A stretch of DNA of 54,754 bases from the NCBI GenBank assembly GCA_050250255.1, contig JBFWOZ010000018.1, positions 1-54,754 on the forward strand, given 5' to 3'. Shown piece by piece: positions 46,705 through 54,754 of this stretch. Below the pieces are notes generated by a model, which was given only the letters and a program-made list of their open reading frames with translations, was not told the DNA's origin and did no database searches. Both the position numbers and the translations under genes were made by a program. How positions within the stretch are numbered: position 1 is the first letter of the stretch; each line of letters opens with the position of its first letter. Source of the stretch: Bdellovibrionales bacterium (lineage in GTDB: Bacteria > Bdellovibrionota > Bdellovibrionia > Bdellovibrionales > DASUEL01).

Positions 46705-47124
46705 TTAACCATTTCGTTCAAAGCTCACGCGACACACGAGATAACCGATTTCGTAGCAGGTGTAGACATCGATATCGACGTCACCATCAGTCGTTTTGGT
46801 GTACTGACATTCACGGGTGCGATTGTTCACAAGGCCTGTAGTTTGAGTATCGACACCAACATCTAAGAATTCGTTGGGAAGCCCGTACCTACGAAAATCC
46901 ACATCCGTTGGTGAGGTAATGAGATAACCCTGCACTTCGATTTCCTCTTCAGGAATGGCGCCCAAGCAGGAAGAGGCTACAAGGTAATGACGAGTCAACC
47001 CTAAGGGCGATGGCTTCGTCTCGCTATTTTCGGGAGTTTTTGAGGTGGCTACCGTCACGACAGCTGTCAAAAATAAGAGGAAGACCTTAACCGTCGCAAT
47101 GAGTTTTTGAAGACTTGAGCCCAT
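46705..47124 (-). CDS. Exported hypothetical protein with four Cys
   Basis: GAGGA RBS before ATG 47124; N-terminal hydrophobic segment. Confidence 0.65.
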   Translation of the reverse strand: MGSSLQKLIATVKVFLLFLTAVVTVATSKTPENSETKPSPLGLTRHYLVASSCLGAIPEEEIEVQGYLITSPTDVDFRRYGLPNEFLDVGVDTQTTGLVNNRTRECQYTKTTDGDVDIDVYTCYEIGYLVCRVSFERNG

Positions 47125-47147
47125 GTTTTTTCCTCGAGAATTGAAAG

Positions 47148-47163
47148 TGCAAGGGGGGTGCCT
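47148..47163 (-). promoter_or_regulatory. Candidate sigma54 promoter with an upstream IHF-like site
   Basis: Minus strand AGGCACCCCCCTTGCA is near consensus TGGCAC-N5-TTGCA. IHF-like TAACTAATTGAAAT at 47190-47203. Confidence 0.6.
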
Positions 47164-47314
47164 CTGGGGCAATGGCCCAGCTCTCGATGTAACTAATTGA
47201 AATCACTATGGAATGTTGATGTTTTATACGCCCCTGCAAGCTTTCCCAGGGGGCATAGACCCCTAGCGCTTTTGACCAAAAAATGTTACTTTGCCGCCTT
47301 CACTCGAGAGGTAA

Positions 47315-48430
47315 ATGTTGGAACTCCAAACACCCGTAACGGAACAGGCTCCGCAAAAAATCAATTTTTATAATCGCACTCGTGCGCAGCTCGAAAAAGA
47401 ACTGATGGGTGCGGGTAAAGAACGCTTTCGTGCGGCTCAACTTTTCTCGTGGGTATACCGCAAAGGTATCACTGACATCGATCAGATGACGAACCTTTCA
47501 AAAGAATTTCGTGAACAACTCAAAATCAAATTTGATTTTAACTTACCGTCTGTCGCTAACAGTGTTGCAAGCCGCGATCACACACGCAAACTTCTCATCA
47601 ACGTAGGCGAGGGAAAAACTGTTGAGTCGGTGATGATTCCTTCAGAAGATCGCATGACTCTTTGTGTGTCCTCGGAAATTGGTTGCAACATGGCCTGCCA
47701 ATTTTGTTTCACTGGGAAACAAAAACTCCAACGTCGTCTCGATGTTTTTGAAATCGTCGGCCAATTCATGCGAGCTCAAGCCGAACTTCCCGAAACTCAT
47801 AAACTCACGAACATCGTATTCATGGGAATGGGTGAGCCGCTCGATAATCTTGCAGGCGTGTTCGGTGCGATCGACGTGATCTGTGATGACCACGGTCTTA
47901 ATTTTTCCAGAAAAAAGATCACGGTTTCTACATCAGGTCTTGTTCCACAAATTCCTGAAGTCGCCAAAGCAGGCGTTCGTTTAGCGGTGAGTCTCAATGC
48001 CAGCAGCGATGAAATGCGCGACATCATCATGCCGATCAATAAACGCTATCCTCTCAAAGAACTCATGCAGGCTTGCAAAGAGTATTATGACGAAACCAAA
48101 GATCGCATCACCTTCGAATACGTGCTTTTAAAGGGAGTCAACGACACCCTTGAAGATGCCCGTCGGGTCAACCAGATCGTCAGAGGCGTGCCTTGCAAGC
48201 TCAATTTAATCCCTTTTAACGAGCACGAAGGTTCCGAATTTGTCCGTCCTGAGATGAGCGCAGTGTTAAAGTTCCAAAATGAATTGATTCGCCTGGGCCA
48301 TTCGGTATTTATCAGGAGAACCATGGGACGAGATATCTATGCCGCTTGCGGACAGCTCCGTTCCAAGTTCGAAAACCACCCCAGTTGGCGTAAAGAAACC
48401 TCACCGGTTTCACCATCCGTACAACCTTAA
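47315..48430 (+). CDS. rlmN: Dual-specificity 23S rRNA m2A2503/tRNA m2A37 methyltransferase
   Basis: CVSSEIGCNMACQFC, FMGMGEPLDN, FEYVLL, NLIPFN, DIYAACGQL. Confidence 0.97.
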   Translation: MLELQTPVTEQAPQKINFYNRTRAQLEKELMGAGKERFRAAQLFSWVYRKGITDIDQMTNLSKEFREQLKIKFDFNLPSVANSVASRDHTRKLLINVGEGKTVESVMIPSEDRMTLCVSSEIGCNMACQFCFTGKQKLQRRLDVFEIVGQFMRAQAELPETHKLTNIVFMGMGEPLDNLAGVFGAIDVICDDHGLNFSRKKITVSTSGLVPQIPEVAKAGVRLAVSLNASSDEMRDIIMPINKRYPLKELMQACKEYYDETKDRITFEYVLLKGVNDTLEDARRVNQIVRGVPCKLNLIPFNEHEGSEFVRPEMSAVLKFQNELIRLGHSVFIRRTMGRDIYAACGQLRSKFENHPSWRKETSPVSPSVQP

Positions 48431-48485
48431 GGTGATTTAAATATTCATTGAAGAGCTTGATAATTTTGATGAACAAAGAGGGGCT

Positions 48486-49511
48486 ATGGAAACAGATATT
48501 ATAACACAAACGCGTTCATTTAGTACCACCAGTGATAGAAGAGGTGGTCCAGAGCGACGATCTGACGTCAGCGAAAAGGGGGAATCCGTGAACGAAATTC
48601 TTGTCGTCGGTAGTCTTGCTTACGACACTATCTCTACTCCAGAGGGTCGCGTGGATCGCGCACTTGGAGGTTCCGCTAATTATTTTTCTCTTGCCGCTTC
48701 TCTCTTTGCTCCAGTACGTGTTGTCGGCGTTGTGGGTGAAGATTACGATGCAACAAATATCGAACTTCTCTCACAGCGAGGCATCGATGTATCGGGAATG
48801 GAAAAAGCCGCAGGTAAAACATTTCACTGGGAAGGTGAATACGGCCGCGACAACAATATGAATGAAGCCGTCACTCTCGCCACCCACTTGAACGTGCTTG
48901 CCGACTTCAATCCAAAAATTCCTGCAAATTACAAAAATTCGAATTATGTATTTCTAGCAAACATCGATCCAGATCTTCAAATGCGTGTACTCGATCAAGT
49001 GGAGCACCCTCGCTTTGTGGCGATGGACACAATGAACTACTGGATTTCTTCAAAGCTTGATTCTTTAAAGAAAATCTTAGAACGCGTCGACGCTCTTTTG
49101 ATCAATGAAGGAGAAGCTCAACAGCTTACTGGAAAGTCCAATGCTGTTGCGGCGGCTGCGGAAATCACAAAGCTAGGTCCAAAAGCTGTTGTGATTAAGC
49201 GCGGAGAGTACGGATTTTTACTCTATACCGAAAACCAATATTTCATTCTCCCGGCATTTCCGATTGCTCGCGTAGTAGACCCAACGGGCGCAGGTGATAC
49301 CTTCGCAGGTGGGTTCTTTGGTTATCTTGCTCGACACGAAATGGGCCATGGTCTCGAAGATCTGAAACGTGCTTGTGTGGAAGGTTGCCTTCTTGCAAGC
49401 TTCACAGTTCAAGACTTTGGAACTAAAGCTATCCAATCGGTCAGTCTAGAAAAATTGAACCAGAGACACCTCGAGTACTCTCGGATCATTTCCTATCCCC
49501 AGTCCCTTTAG
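48486..49511 (+). CDS. PfkB family carbohydrate/nucleoside kinase (alternative start GTG 48588)
   Basis: VVGSLAYD, LGGSA, DTMNYWI, KRGEYG, DPTGAGDTFAGG. Confidence 0.92.
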   Translation: METDIITQTRSFSTTSDRRGGPERRSDVSEKGESVNEILVVGSLAYDTISTPEGRVDRALGGSANYFSLAASLFAPVRVVGVVGEDYDATNIELLSQRGIDVSGMEKAAGKTFHWEGEYGRDNNMNEAVTLATHLNVLADFNPKIPANYKNSNYVFLANIDPDLQMRVLDQVEHPRFVAMDTMNYWISSKLDSLKKILERVDALLINEGEAQQLTGKSNAVAAAAEITKLGPKAVVIKRGEYGFLLYTENQYFILPAFPIARVVDPTGAGDTFAGGFFGYLARHEMGHGLEDLKRACVEGCLLASFTVQDFGTKAIQSVSLEKLNQRHLEYSRIISYPQSL

Positions 49512-49581
49512 TTTGGAGCGAAACTAGGTTTTTTACCCATCTATGGGCGAGTCTAGTTTCGCGAAGACTCATGAGTTCGGA

Positions 49582-49609
49582 TCAAATTTATTTCTAGTTA
49601 ATCCGATAG
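49582..49609 (+). promoter_or_regulatory. Possible sigma28 (FliA) promoter
   Basis: (T)CAAA-N15-TCCGATAG versus consensus TAAA-N15-GCCGATAA; unusually close to ATG 49615. Confidence 0.35.
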
Positions 49610-49614
49610 CTTAG

Positions 49615-50376
49615 ATGATGGACTCTAAGAAGAAAGCGGATTTGCAGGCAGGGCTTGCTGAAATTTTAATGAACGAAACAGATGAATCGTCTTTTATTTC
49701 CGACCGGAAGTACGAACCTGTTTCATTAGCACCAGACCAAACGGTGCAAACCCCATTTCAAAATAAATCTACGACAAAGAAAAATGGAGATTCACCGGTG
49801 GTGGTTGTTGGATCTAAGATGGCTCAACAGCGCATTAGCACATTAGAAGCAGAAGTTGATCGGTTACGTTCGGAAGCTGAAGTGTTGAAAGTTTCTGAAA
49901 GTGCTTTGAAACGACAAGTTCAAGAGTTTTCAGAAAAAGCGGTCAATGTTGAGGGTCGTTTAAAACAAAATCAAGACGACCGCTCGGAAGAATTAAAAAA
50001 TCTCAAAGAAGCGTTCGTAAAAAAGGAGAATGAGCTTTCTCTCTTGCGCAATCGTATCGCGGAATTAGAGTCTCGTTTGCAAAACGATTTTAAACGTATT
50101 CGTGTGAAAGAGCGAGAGTTGCAAAACCGTATTGAGCTTATGAAGCTTGAAAATGGTGCTGTTGTAAAAACCAAAGATGATTTGATCCTAGATTTAAAAC
50201 GACAGATGGATCAAACAAACTATGAAATGGATTCTTTACGTAAAAAAACGCAAAACATCACGCAACAAATGGAAGATCAGCAAGATAGAATCAAAAAAAG
50301 TGTGAAGGCCTTAAGAGTGGCCGTTTCACTTCTTGATGGTGATGAATCTCAGCTGGTATTGAAAAAGGCGGAATGA
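49615..50376 (+). CDS. Coiled-coil hypothetical protein
   Basis: Long heptad-rich C-terminal two-thirds; translationally coupled to the GGDEF gene. Confidence 0.75.
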   Translation: MMDSKKKADLQAGLAEILMNETDESSFISDRKYEPVSLAPDQTVQTPFQNKSTTKKNGDSPVVVVGSKMAQQRISTLEAEVDRLRSEAEVLKVSESALKRQVQEFSEKAVNVEGRLKQNQDDRSEELKNLKEAFVKKENELSLLRNRIAELESRLQNDFKRIRVKERELQNRIELMKLENGAVVKTKDDLILDLKRQMDQTNYEMDSLRKKTQNITQQMEDQQDRIKKSVKALRVAVSLLDGDESQLVLKKAE

Positions 50377-51785
50377 TGTCTCGGACGACAAGAGCCAAAA
50401 AACTGAAAGGCGTACTTCTTCTCGATGATTCGCCAGGTTTATGCTCTCATCTTGAGCAAGAGCTCAAGCACTATAAGCTCCAAGTGCTTTGTCCAAAATC
50501 ATCAGAGGATGTTCAAAAATTTATTGTTGGATTTGACATCGGAGTTGTCATTCACGGAGTTCATACGTCGCAGTCTGCAGATGAGCTTTGTCGCGAGATG
50601 CATCAGCTCTACCCTGAGTTGCCGATGCTGCATATCGCGTCTGAGCATTGCAAAGAGGAGCATTCGTATCCCCGAGGCTTCTTGTCGGTGACTTTGCCTC
50701 ATTTACGTTCAACAAAGACGATATATCAAAATATTAGAAAGCTTTGGAAGCTCGGTAAGCTTGTTCAGCGAGAAAAACAATTGAATCAGGCTTTTAAACA
50801 TCACATTGAGTTAGATCAGTCGCTTGATACGCAAGAGCCTGAACTGCTCGTTGCGAAATTTATGACTTTCCTAGGACAGCGAATTCAAACTGAAAACATG
50901 TTGTGGTTAGTTGAAGGCGATGTTGATTATTACAAAGAAGAGCTTTGGAAGATCAAACCGTTTAGTTCAAAAGACAATCACGTAACCTACGTCAACCGCA
51001 GTATGGCCTGGAACGAGCTAAAACCTCAAGAAATCACAAGTGTTGTAACGGCGATTGAAAAAGCGGGCGGAGAACAATGGCCTTCTTCCTACAATCCTAT
51101 TTATTTAAAACTTCAAAACGCCCAGTACGAATCTTGCATTTTGATTCCTATTCACGAGCCGGGAAAGCTCTACGGACATTTCGTTTTTTTAAATCCACGA
51201 AATGTAACCCCTAATGGAACACTTTTTTACTGGCTTCAGAGATTCACTCAAGCGTTCCGCCGCTCACTCCATTATGCCGAAGCTCGTAGTCTATGTTACA
51301 TCGATGATGTGACGGAATTTTACAATCAGCGATACCTCGGGATGGCTTTAGATACAGAAATCAGTCGCGCTCGCCGAGGCAAAACGCCATTCTCGGTTCT
51401 TTTTATCGATATTGATCACTTCAAAAAAGTGAACGATAATCAAGGGCACCTGATTGGGTCAAAAATCTTAAAGCAACTCAGTAAAATTTTAAAAAAGAAC
51501 ATCCGCTCTGTGGATTATGGATTTCGCTATGGCGGAGATGAATATGTTCTCTTGTTAGTGAATACTCCTCAGAAGACAGCGGAATTGGTAGCAGAGCGAA
51601 TTCGCTCTGAAGTGCAGGCCCACGTTTTTCAAATTGATGGAATTGACCTCAAAATCACTTTGAGCATCGGTGTTGCAACATATCCAGATCATGCCGCCAC
51701 AAAAGAACAAATCGTCGATATGGCAGACAAAGCCATGTACGAAGGTAAAAATAAAAGCCGAAACATTGTATTTGTCGCTAGCTAG
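50373..51785 (+). CDS. GGDEF dinucleotide cyclase with the Hypr (cGAMP) signature and a degenerate N-terminal receiver
   Basis: DIDHFKKVND, GHLIGS (Ser where canonical enzymes have Asp), I-site RSVD, RYGGDEY. Confidence 0.88.
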   Translation: MMSRTTRAKKLKGVLLLDDSPGLCSHLEQELKHYKLQVLCPKSSEDVQKFIVGFDIGVVIHGVHTSQSADELCREMHQLYPELPMLHIASEHCKEEHSYPRGFLSVTLPHLRSTKTIYQNIRKLWKLGKLVQREKQLNQAFKHHIELDQSLDTQEPELLVAKFMTFLGQRIQTENMLWLVEGDVDYYKEELWKIKPFSSKDNHVTYVNRSMAWNELKPQEITSVVTAIEKAGGEQWPSSYNPIYLKLQNAQYESCILIPIHEPGKLYGHFVFLNPRNVTPNGTLFYWLQRFTQAFRRSLHYAEARSLCYIDDVTEFYNQRYLGMALDTEISRARRGKTPFSVLFIDIDHFKKVNDNQGHLIGSKILKQLSKILKKNIRSVDYGFRYGGDEYVLLLVNTPQKTAELVAERIRSEVQAHVFQIDGIDLKITLSIGVATYPDHAATKEQIVDMADKAMYEGKNKSRNIVFVAS

Positions 51786-51796
51786 GTAGTGTGATC

Positions 51797-52876
51797 ATGA
51801 AAAAAATCAAGCTGGTTGTCAGTGATTTGCATGTGGGGCGCGGGCGGGTGCTTGATTCTGGCGTCGTTAATTCCCTTGAAGAATTTTATTATGACGAACA
51901 ATTAAATGAGTTTCTTAACTATTACACTTCAGGGGAATTTACAGGTGCGGAAGTTGAGCTCATTGTAAACGGCGACATCCTCAACTTTTTACAGGTGGAT
52001 TACAAAGGGCATCATCTCACGGTGATTACTGAAAGTATTTCAGTGGCCCTTTTAGAATCGATTGTCAAAGGTCACCCAAAGTTTTTTGCCGCTCTTCAGA
52101 AATTTGCCCAAAACCCGAACCATAAAATCACTTACGTTATCGGAAACCACGACCAGTGTATGATGTGGCCCGAGTGCCAAAGACTTTTTAATGATGCGGT
52201 TAATACTCAGGTTACTTACAAAAATATTGTGTACTACTTTGATGGAGTACATATTGAGCATGGGCATATGTACGAAGCCGCAAACCGCATTGATCCTCGC
52301 AAATTTTTCCTCAAAAAGAACCTTCCAGAGCCTATTTTAAATTTACCTTTTGGCTCTCACTTTTTTGTCGACCTAGTGCTGAAAATTAAAGAGGCTCGTC
52401 CTTATGTGGATAAAGTCAGACCCTTTCACGCCTATGTGAAGTGGGGTCTTATTAACGACACTTTTTTTACTTTAAAGACTATTTTTTTGCTGATGCATTT
52501 TTTTATTAAAACCGCTTTTGCTCGTAACCCTCGCCACAGTTGGTCACTTACGCGTATTGCGCAAATTTTGAAAGAGAGCGCGGTGTTTCCAGATCTTGAG
52601 ACTGCTGCCGAACGCATTCTCGAGGATGAGCGAGTGCATACCGTAATTTTTGGTCATACTCATGTGTACATGTACCGTCAGTTCTCGCCCCAAAAAGAAT
52701 ACTTTAATACTGGCACATGGACCGAGCTGACCTCCTTAGACATTACCTCTCTTGGTAAAATCACAAAGCTCACTTATGTTTACATGGAATATCCAGAGGG
52801 TGAGCAGCGACCTCGAAGCCGTTTAAAGGAATGGCGGGGTTACCACCGTGTCGAAAATGATGTCGACATCTCCTAG
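51797..52876 (+). CDS. Calcineurin-like metallophosphoesterase
   Basis: SDLH, NGD, GNHD, EHGH, FGHTH, NTGTW. Confidence 0.9.
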   Translation: MKKIKLVVSDLHVGRGRVLDSGVVNSLEEFYYDEQLNEFLNYYTSGEFTGAEVELIVNGDILNFLQVDYKGHHLTVITESISVALLESIVKGHPKFFAALQKFAQNPNHKITYVIGNHDQCMMWPECQRLFNDAVNTQVTYKNIVYYFDGVHIEHGHMYEAANRIDPRKFFLKKNLPEPILNLPFGSHFFVDLVLKIKEARPYVDKVRPFHAYVKWGLINDTFFTLKTIFLLMHFFIKTAFARNPRHSWSLTRIAQILKESAVFPDLETAAERILEDERVHTVIFGHTHVYMYRQFSPQKEYFNTGTWTELTSLDITSLGKITKLTYVYMEYPEGEQRPRSRLKEWRGYHRVENDVDIS

Positions 52877-52897
52877 TAAATCGGCGATAACAGCCCT

Positions 52898-54115
52898 ATG
52901 ATTCGTTTAACACATTCTACTCATCAAAGTGATTCTCAGGTTCTTGAAGAATGCCGTCGTGCTTTTAAAACTTTATTAGTACGCAAAGATATTGGATTTC
53001 ATCGTTTGCCCGAGGCCAAAGCTTTATGGGAAGCCGCTCAATCGCGCGCTGAGCAAATCCAAAAACAATATACCCACATGGCGGTTTTGGGAATTGGTGG
53101 AAGTTCTTTAGGTGGATTGGCATTAACAGAGGCTCTAAGAAAAAGGAACGTGATTTTTTTCGAGAATGTAGACGCAAAAGATTTTTGGTTACGTCTTGAA
53201 GAGCTGCCGAATATCGAAAAAGTACATTGGGTGATTGTTTCTAAAAGTGGAAAGACGGTTGAGACGCTGACGCAAACAAACTTTCTGTACCAATTTCTTA
53301 AAACAAAAAATATTGAACTTAAAAAATGCAGCACGGTTGTGTCTGAAACTAAAAGCAATCCGCTTTCTGATTGGGCACGAACTCAAAAAATTCCTTTGCT
53401 AGAAATTCCTGAAGACGTAGGCGGAAGATTTTCTGTTTTAAGCTCTGTGGGGTTATTGCCCGCGGCTTTTACGAATATCAACTTGGAATCTCTCAAAAAA
53501 GGAGCTCGGTGGTCCGTAGAGCAAGAGGAGCTTGTGGCTCAATTGTGTGCACAAAGTCTGCAGAGTTTTAAAAATCAAAAGTGGACCACTGTTTTTTGGG
53601 CCTACTGTAATCAATTACGTAGTTTTGGTCTTTGGATTGAACAGTTGTGGGCTGAAAGTTTAGCGAAAAAGCAAAACCGCCTTCAGCAGGCGGCGCCCCG
53701 CGTGAGCACGCCCATCTCTTTAATAGGTGCGAACGACCAGCATTCTGTTTTGCAGCAAATTGCTGAAGGGTTTCCCGATAAATTTGTTTGGTTTTTGCGA
53801 GTCACGGAATCTGAGAGATATGGTCCTCGGCTTCAGACTTCATTATTCAAAGACCAAGACGAAGTTCTGGGTAAAACGATGGGTGATTTACTTGCTGCAG
53901 AGGCGCAGGCTACTCGAGCTGCGTTAGAGTCTTCTGGGGTATCTTCTCTGACTCTGGAGGTCGCGGAGTTATCTGATGCCAGTATTGGCGCGCTTTTTAT
54001 GCTATTTGAGCTCGTGACGGCGACTCTCGGCGAGGTCATGAACATCAATGCTTTTGACCAGCCCGGCGTAGAGCTAGGTAAAGGGCTAGCTCGAGAAATC
54101 TTGTCAAAGAATTAA
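52898..54115 (+). CDS. pgi: Glucose-6-phosphate isomerase
   Basis: GIGGSSLG, SKSGKTVET, VGGRFSVLS, QLWAESL, DQHS, FDQPGVELGK. Confidence 0.96.
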   Translation: MIRLTHSTHQSDSQVLEECRRAFKTLLVRKDIGFHRLPEAKALWEAAQSRAEQIQKQYTHMAVLGIGGSSLGGLALTEALRKRNVIFFENVDAKDFWLRLEELPNIEKVHWVIVSKSGKTVETLTQTNFLYQFLKTKNIELKKCSTVVSETKSNPLSDWARTQKIPLLEIPEDVGGRFSVLSSVGLLPAAFTNINLESLKKGARWSVEQEELVAQLCAQSLQSFKNQKWTTVFWAYCNQLRSFGLWIEQLWAESLAKKQNRLQQAAPRVSTPISLIGANDQHSVLQQIAEGFPDKFVWFLRVTESERYGPRLQTSLFKDQDEVLGKTMGDLLAAEAQATRAALESSGVSSLTLEVAELSDASIGALFMLFELVTATLGEVMNINAFDQPGVELGKGLAREILSKN

Positions 54116-54134
54116 GATCTTCTATAATCAAGAG

Positions 54135-54754
54135 ATGTCAGACAATAAGGATGATAACGAAGCCACGGTCATCGCCAGCGATACCTTCAAAGTAAAAATG
54201 GAGGAGGCTGGCAATGTGCCACCAAGTTTAGTGTTGGTGATGGGCCCCATCGAACTCATGGGTAAACAGTGGTACATTACAAAGCCTCAGTCTATCGTTG
54301 GACGAAGTTCCGAATGCGATGTTTTTGTTGACGATAAAAGTGTGAGCAAAAACCATCTTCAACTTTCTCTCGTTGGACAAAAAGTTTCGTTGGTGGATTT
54401 AGGTTCGACAAATGGGACTGAACTGTCCGGGGCAAAAGTAAAAGCCAACGAGCCACATCCTCTTCGTAACAACGATCAAATTCGCGTGGGGAACGTTCTC
54501 TTTAAATTCTTAGAAAAAGGGAATATCGAAGCGGTTTCGCAGCAAAAGGTCTTCGATCGTGCACAGATTGATGGACTCACCCAAATTTATAATAAGGGTG
54601 CTTACCTCACAAAAGTAGAAGAGCAGTTTAAGCGATCTCGCCTCACCGAAACTCCTCTGAGCCTTGTGGTCTTTGACTTAGACAATTTTAAGAAAGTGAA
54701 TGATACATACGGGCATGCCGCTGGTGATTATGTTTTAAAAGAACTCGCAACGGT
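54135..54754 (+). CDS. dgcB: FHA-GGDEF diguanylate cyclase (DgcB-like), 3' truncated, absent from the ORF track
   Basis: MSDNKDDNEATVIASDTFK tail; FHA motifs VGRS...SVSKNH...STNGT; DGLT..YN...DLDNFKKVNDTYGHAAGD; directly downstream of pgi as in B. bacteriovorus. Confidence 0.85.
   Translation, partial: MSDNKDDNEATVIASDTFKVKMEEAGNVPPSLVLVMGPIELMGKQWYITKPQSIVGRSSECDVFVDDKSVSKNHLQLSLVGQKVSLVDLGSTNGTELSGAKVKANEPHPLRNNDQIRVGNVLFKFLEKGNIEAVSQQKVFDRAQIDGLTQIYNKGAYLTKVEEQFKRSRLTETPLSLVVFDLDNFKKVNDTYGHAAGDYVLKELAT

Noticed and set aside
46479..46866. ORF-track ORFs 46479-46721, 46603-46866 and 46626-46841
   Set aside because: No RBS or protein-like features. The 33-aa ORF with a strong SD explains the region better.

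Overview
A gene-dense chromosomal window from a Bdellovibrionota-like predatory bacterium. The taxonomic call is inferred from a Bd3044-type zinc-finger histone, pgi next to an FHA-GGDEF dgcB-like gene, a YQNC-type lipobox and many orphan signal-peptide proteins. Housekeeping content: two hybrid histidine kinases, a DEAD-box helicase, metF, a TerC transporter, a FAH-family hydrolase and maiA, gcvP, epmA, an IHF/HU subunit, LPS genes (WaaL-like ligase, GT4, DegT aminotransferase, GT9, heptose kinase), mutT, pyrD, gdhA, rlmN, a PfkB kinase and pgi. No rRNA, tRNA, CRISPR array or recognisable transposase was seen. The most interesting items are: (1) an unannotated 33-aa hydrophobic peptide (46498-46599) with a full type I toxin-antitoxin RNA architecture; (2) an HNH endonuclease gene whose coding linker holds a 16-bp perfect DNA palindrome sharing its core with a second palindrome about 280 bp upstream; (3) an operon of cytochrome b562, a dihaem lipoprotein, YceI and a CxxCH-fused beta-barrel; (4) a zinc-finger histone beside a small zinc-finger protein; (5) a Hypr-type (cGAMP-signature) GGDEF enzyme near a DgcB orthologue; (6) unusual secreted proteins, namely an FlgC-derived protein, a SAM methyltransferase with a signal peptide and an 18-aa Cys-repeat protein; (7) two long REP-like hairpins and several sigma54-type promoters. 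All calls come from reading motifs by eye; no database searches were run.
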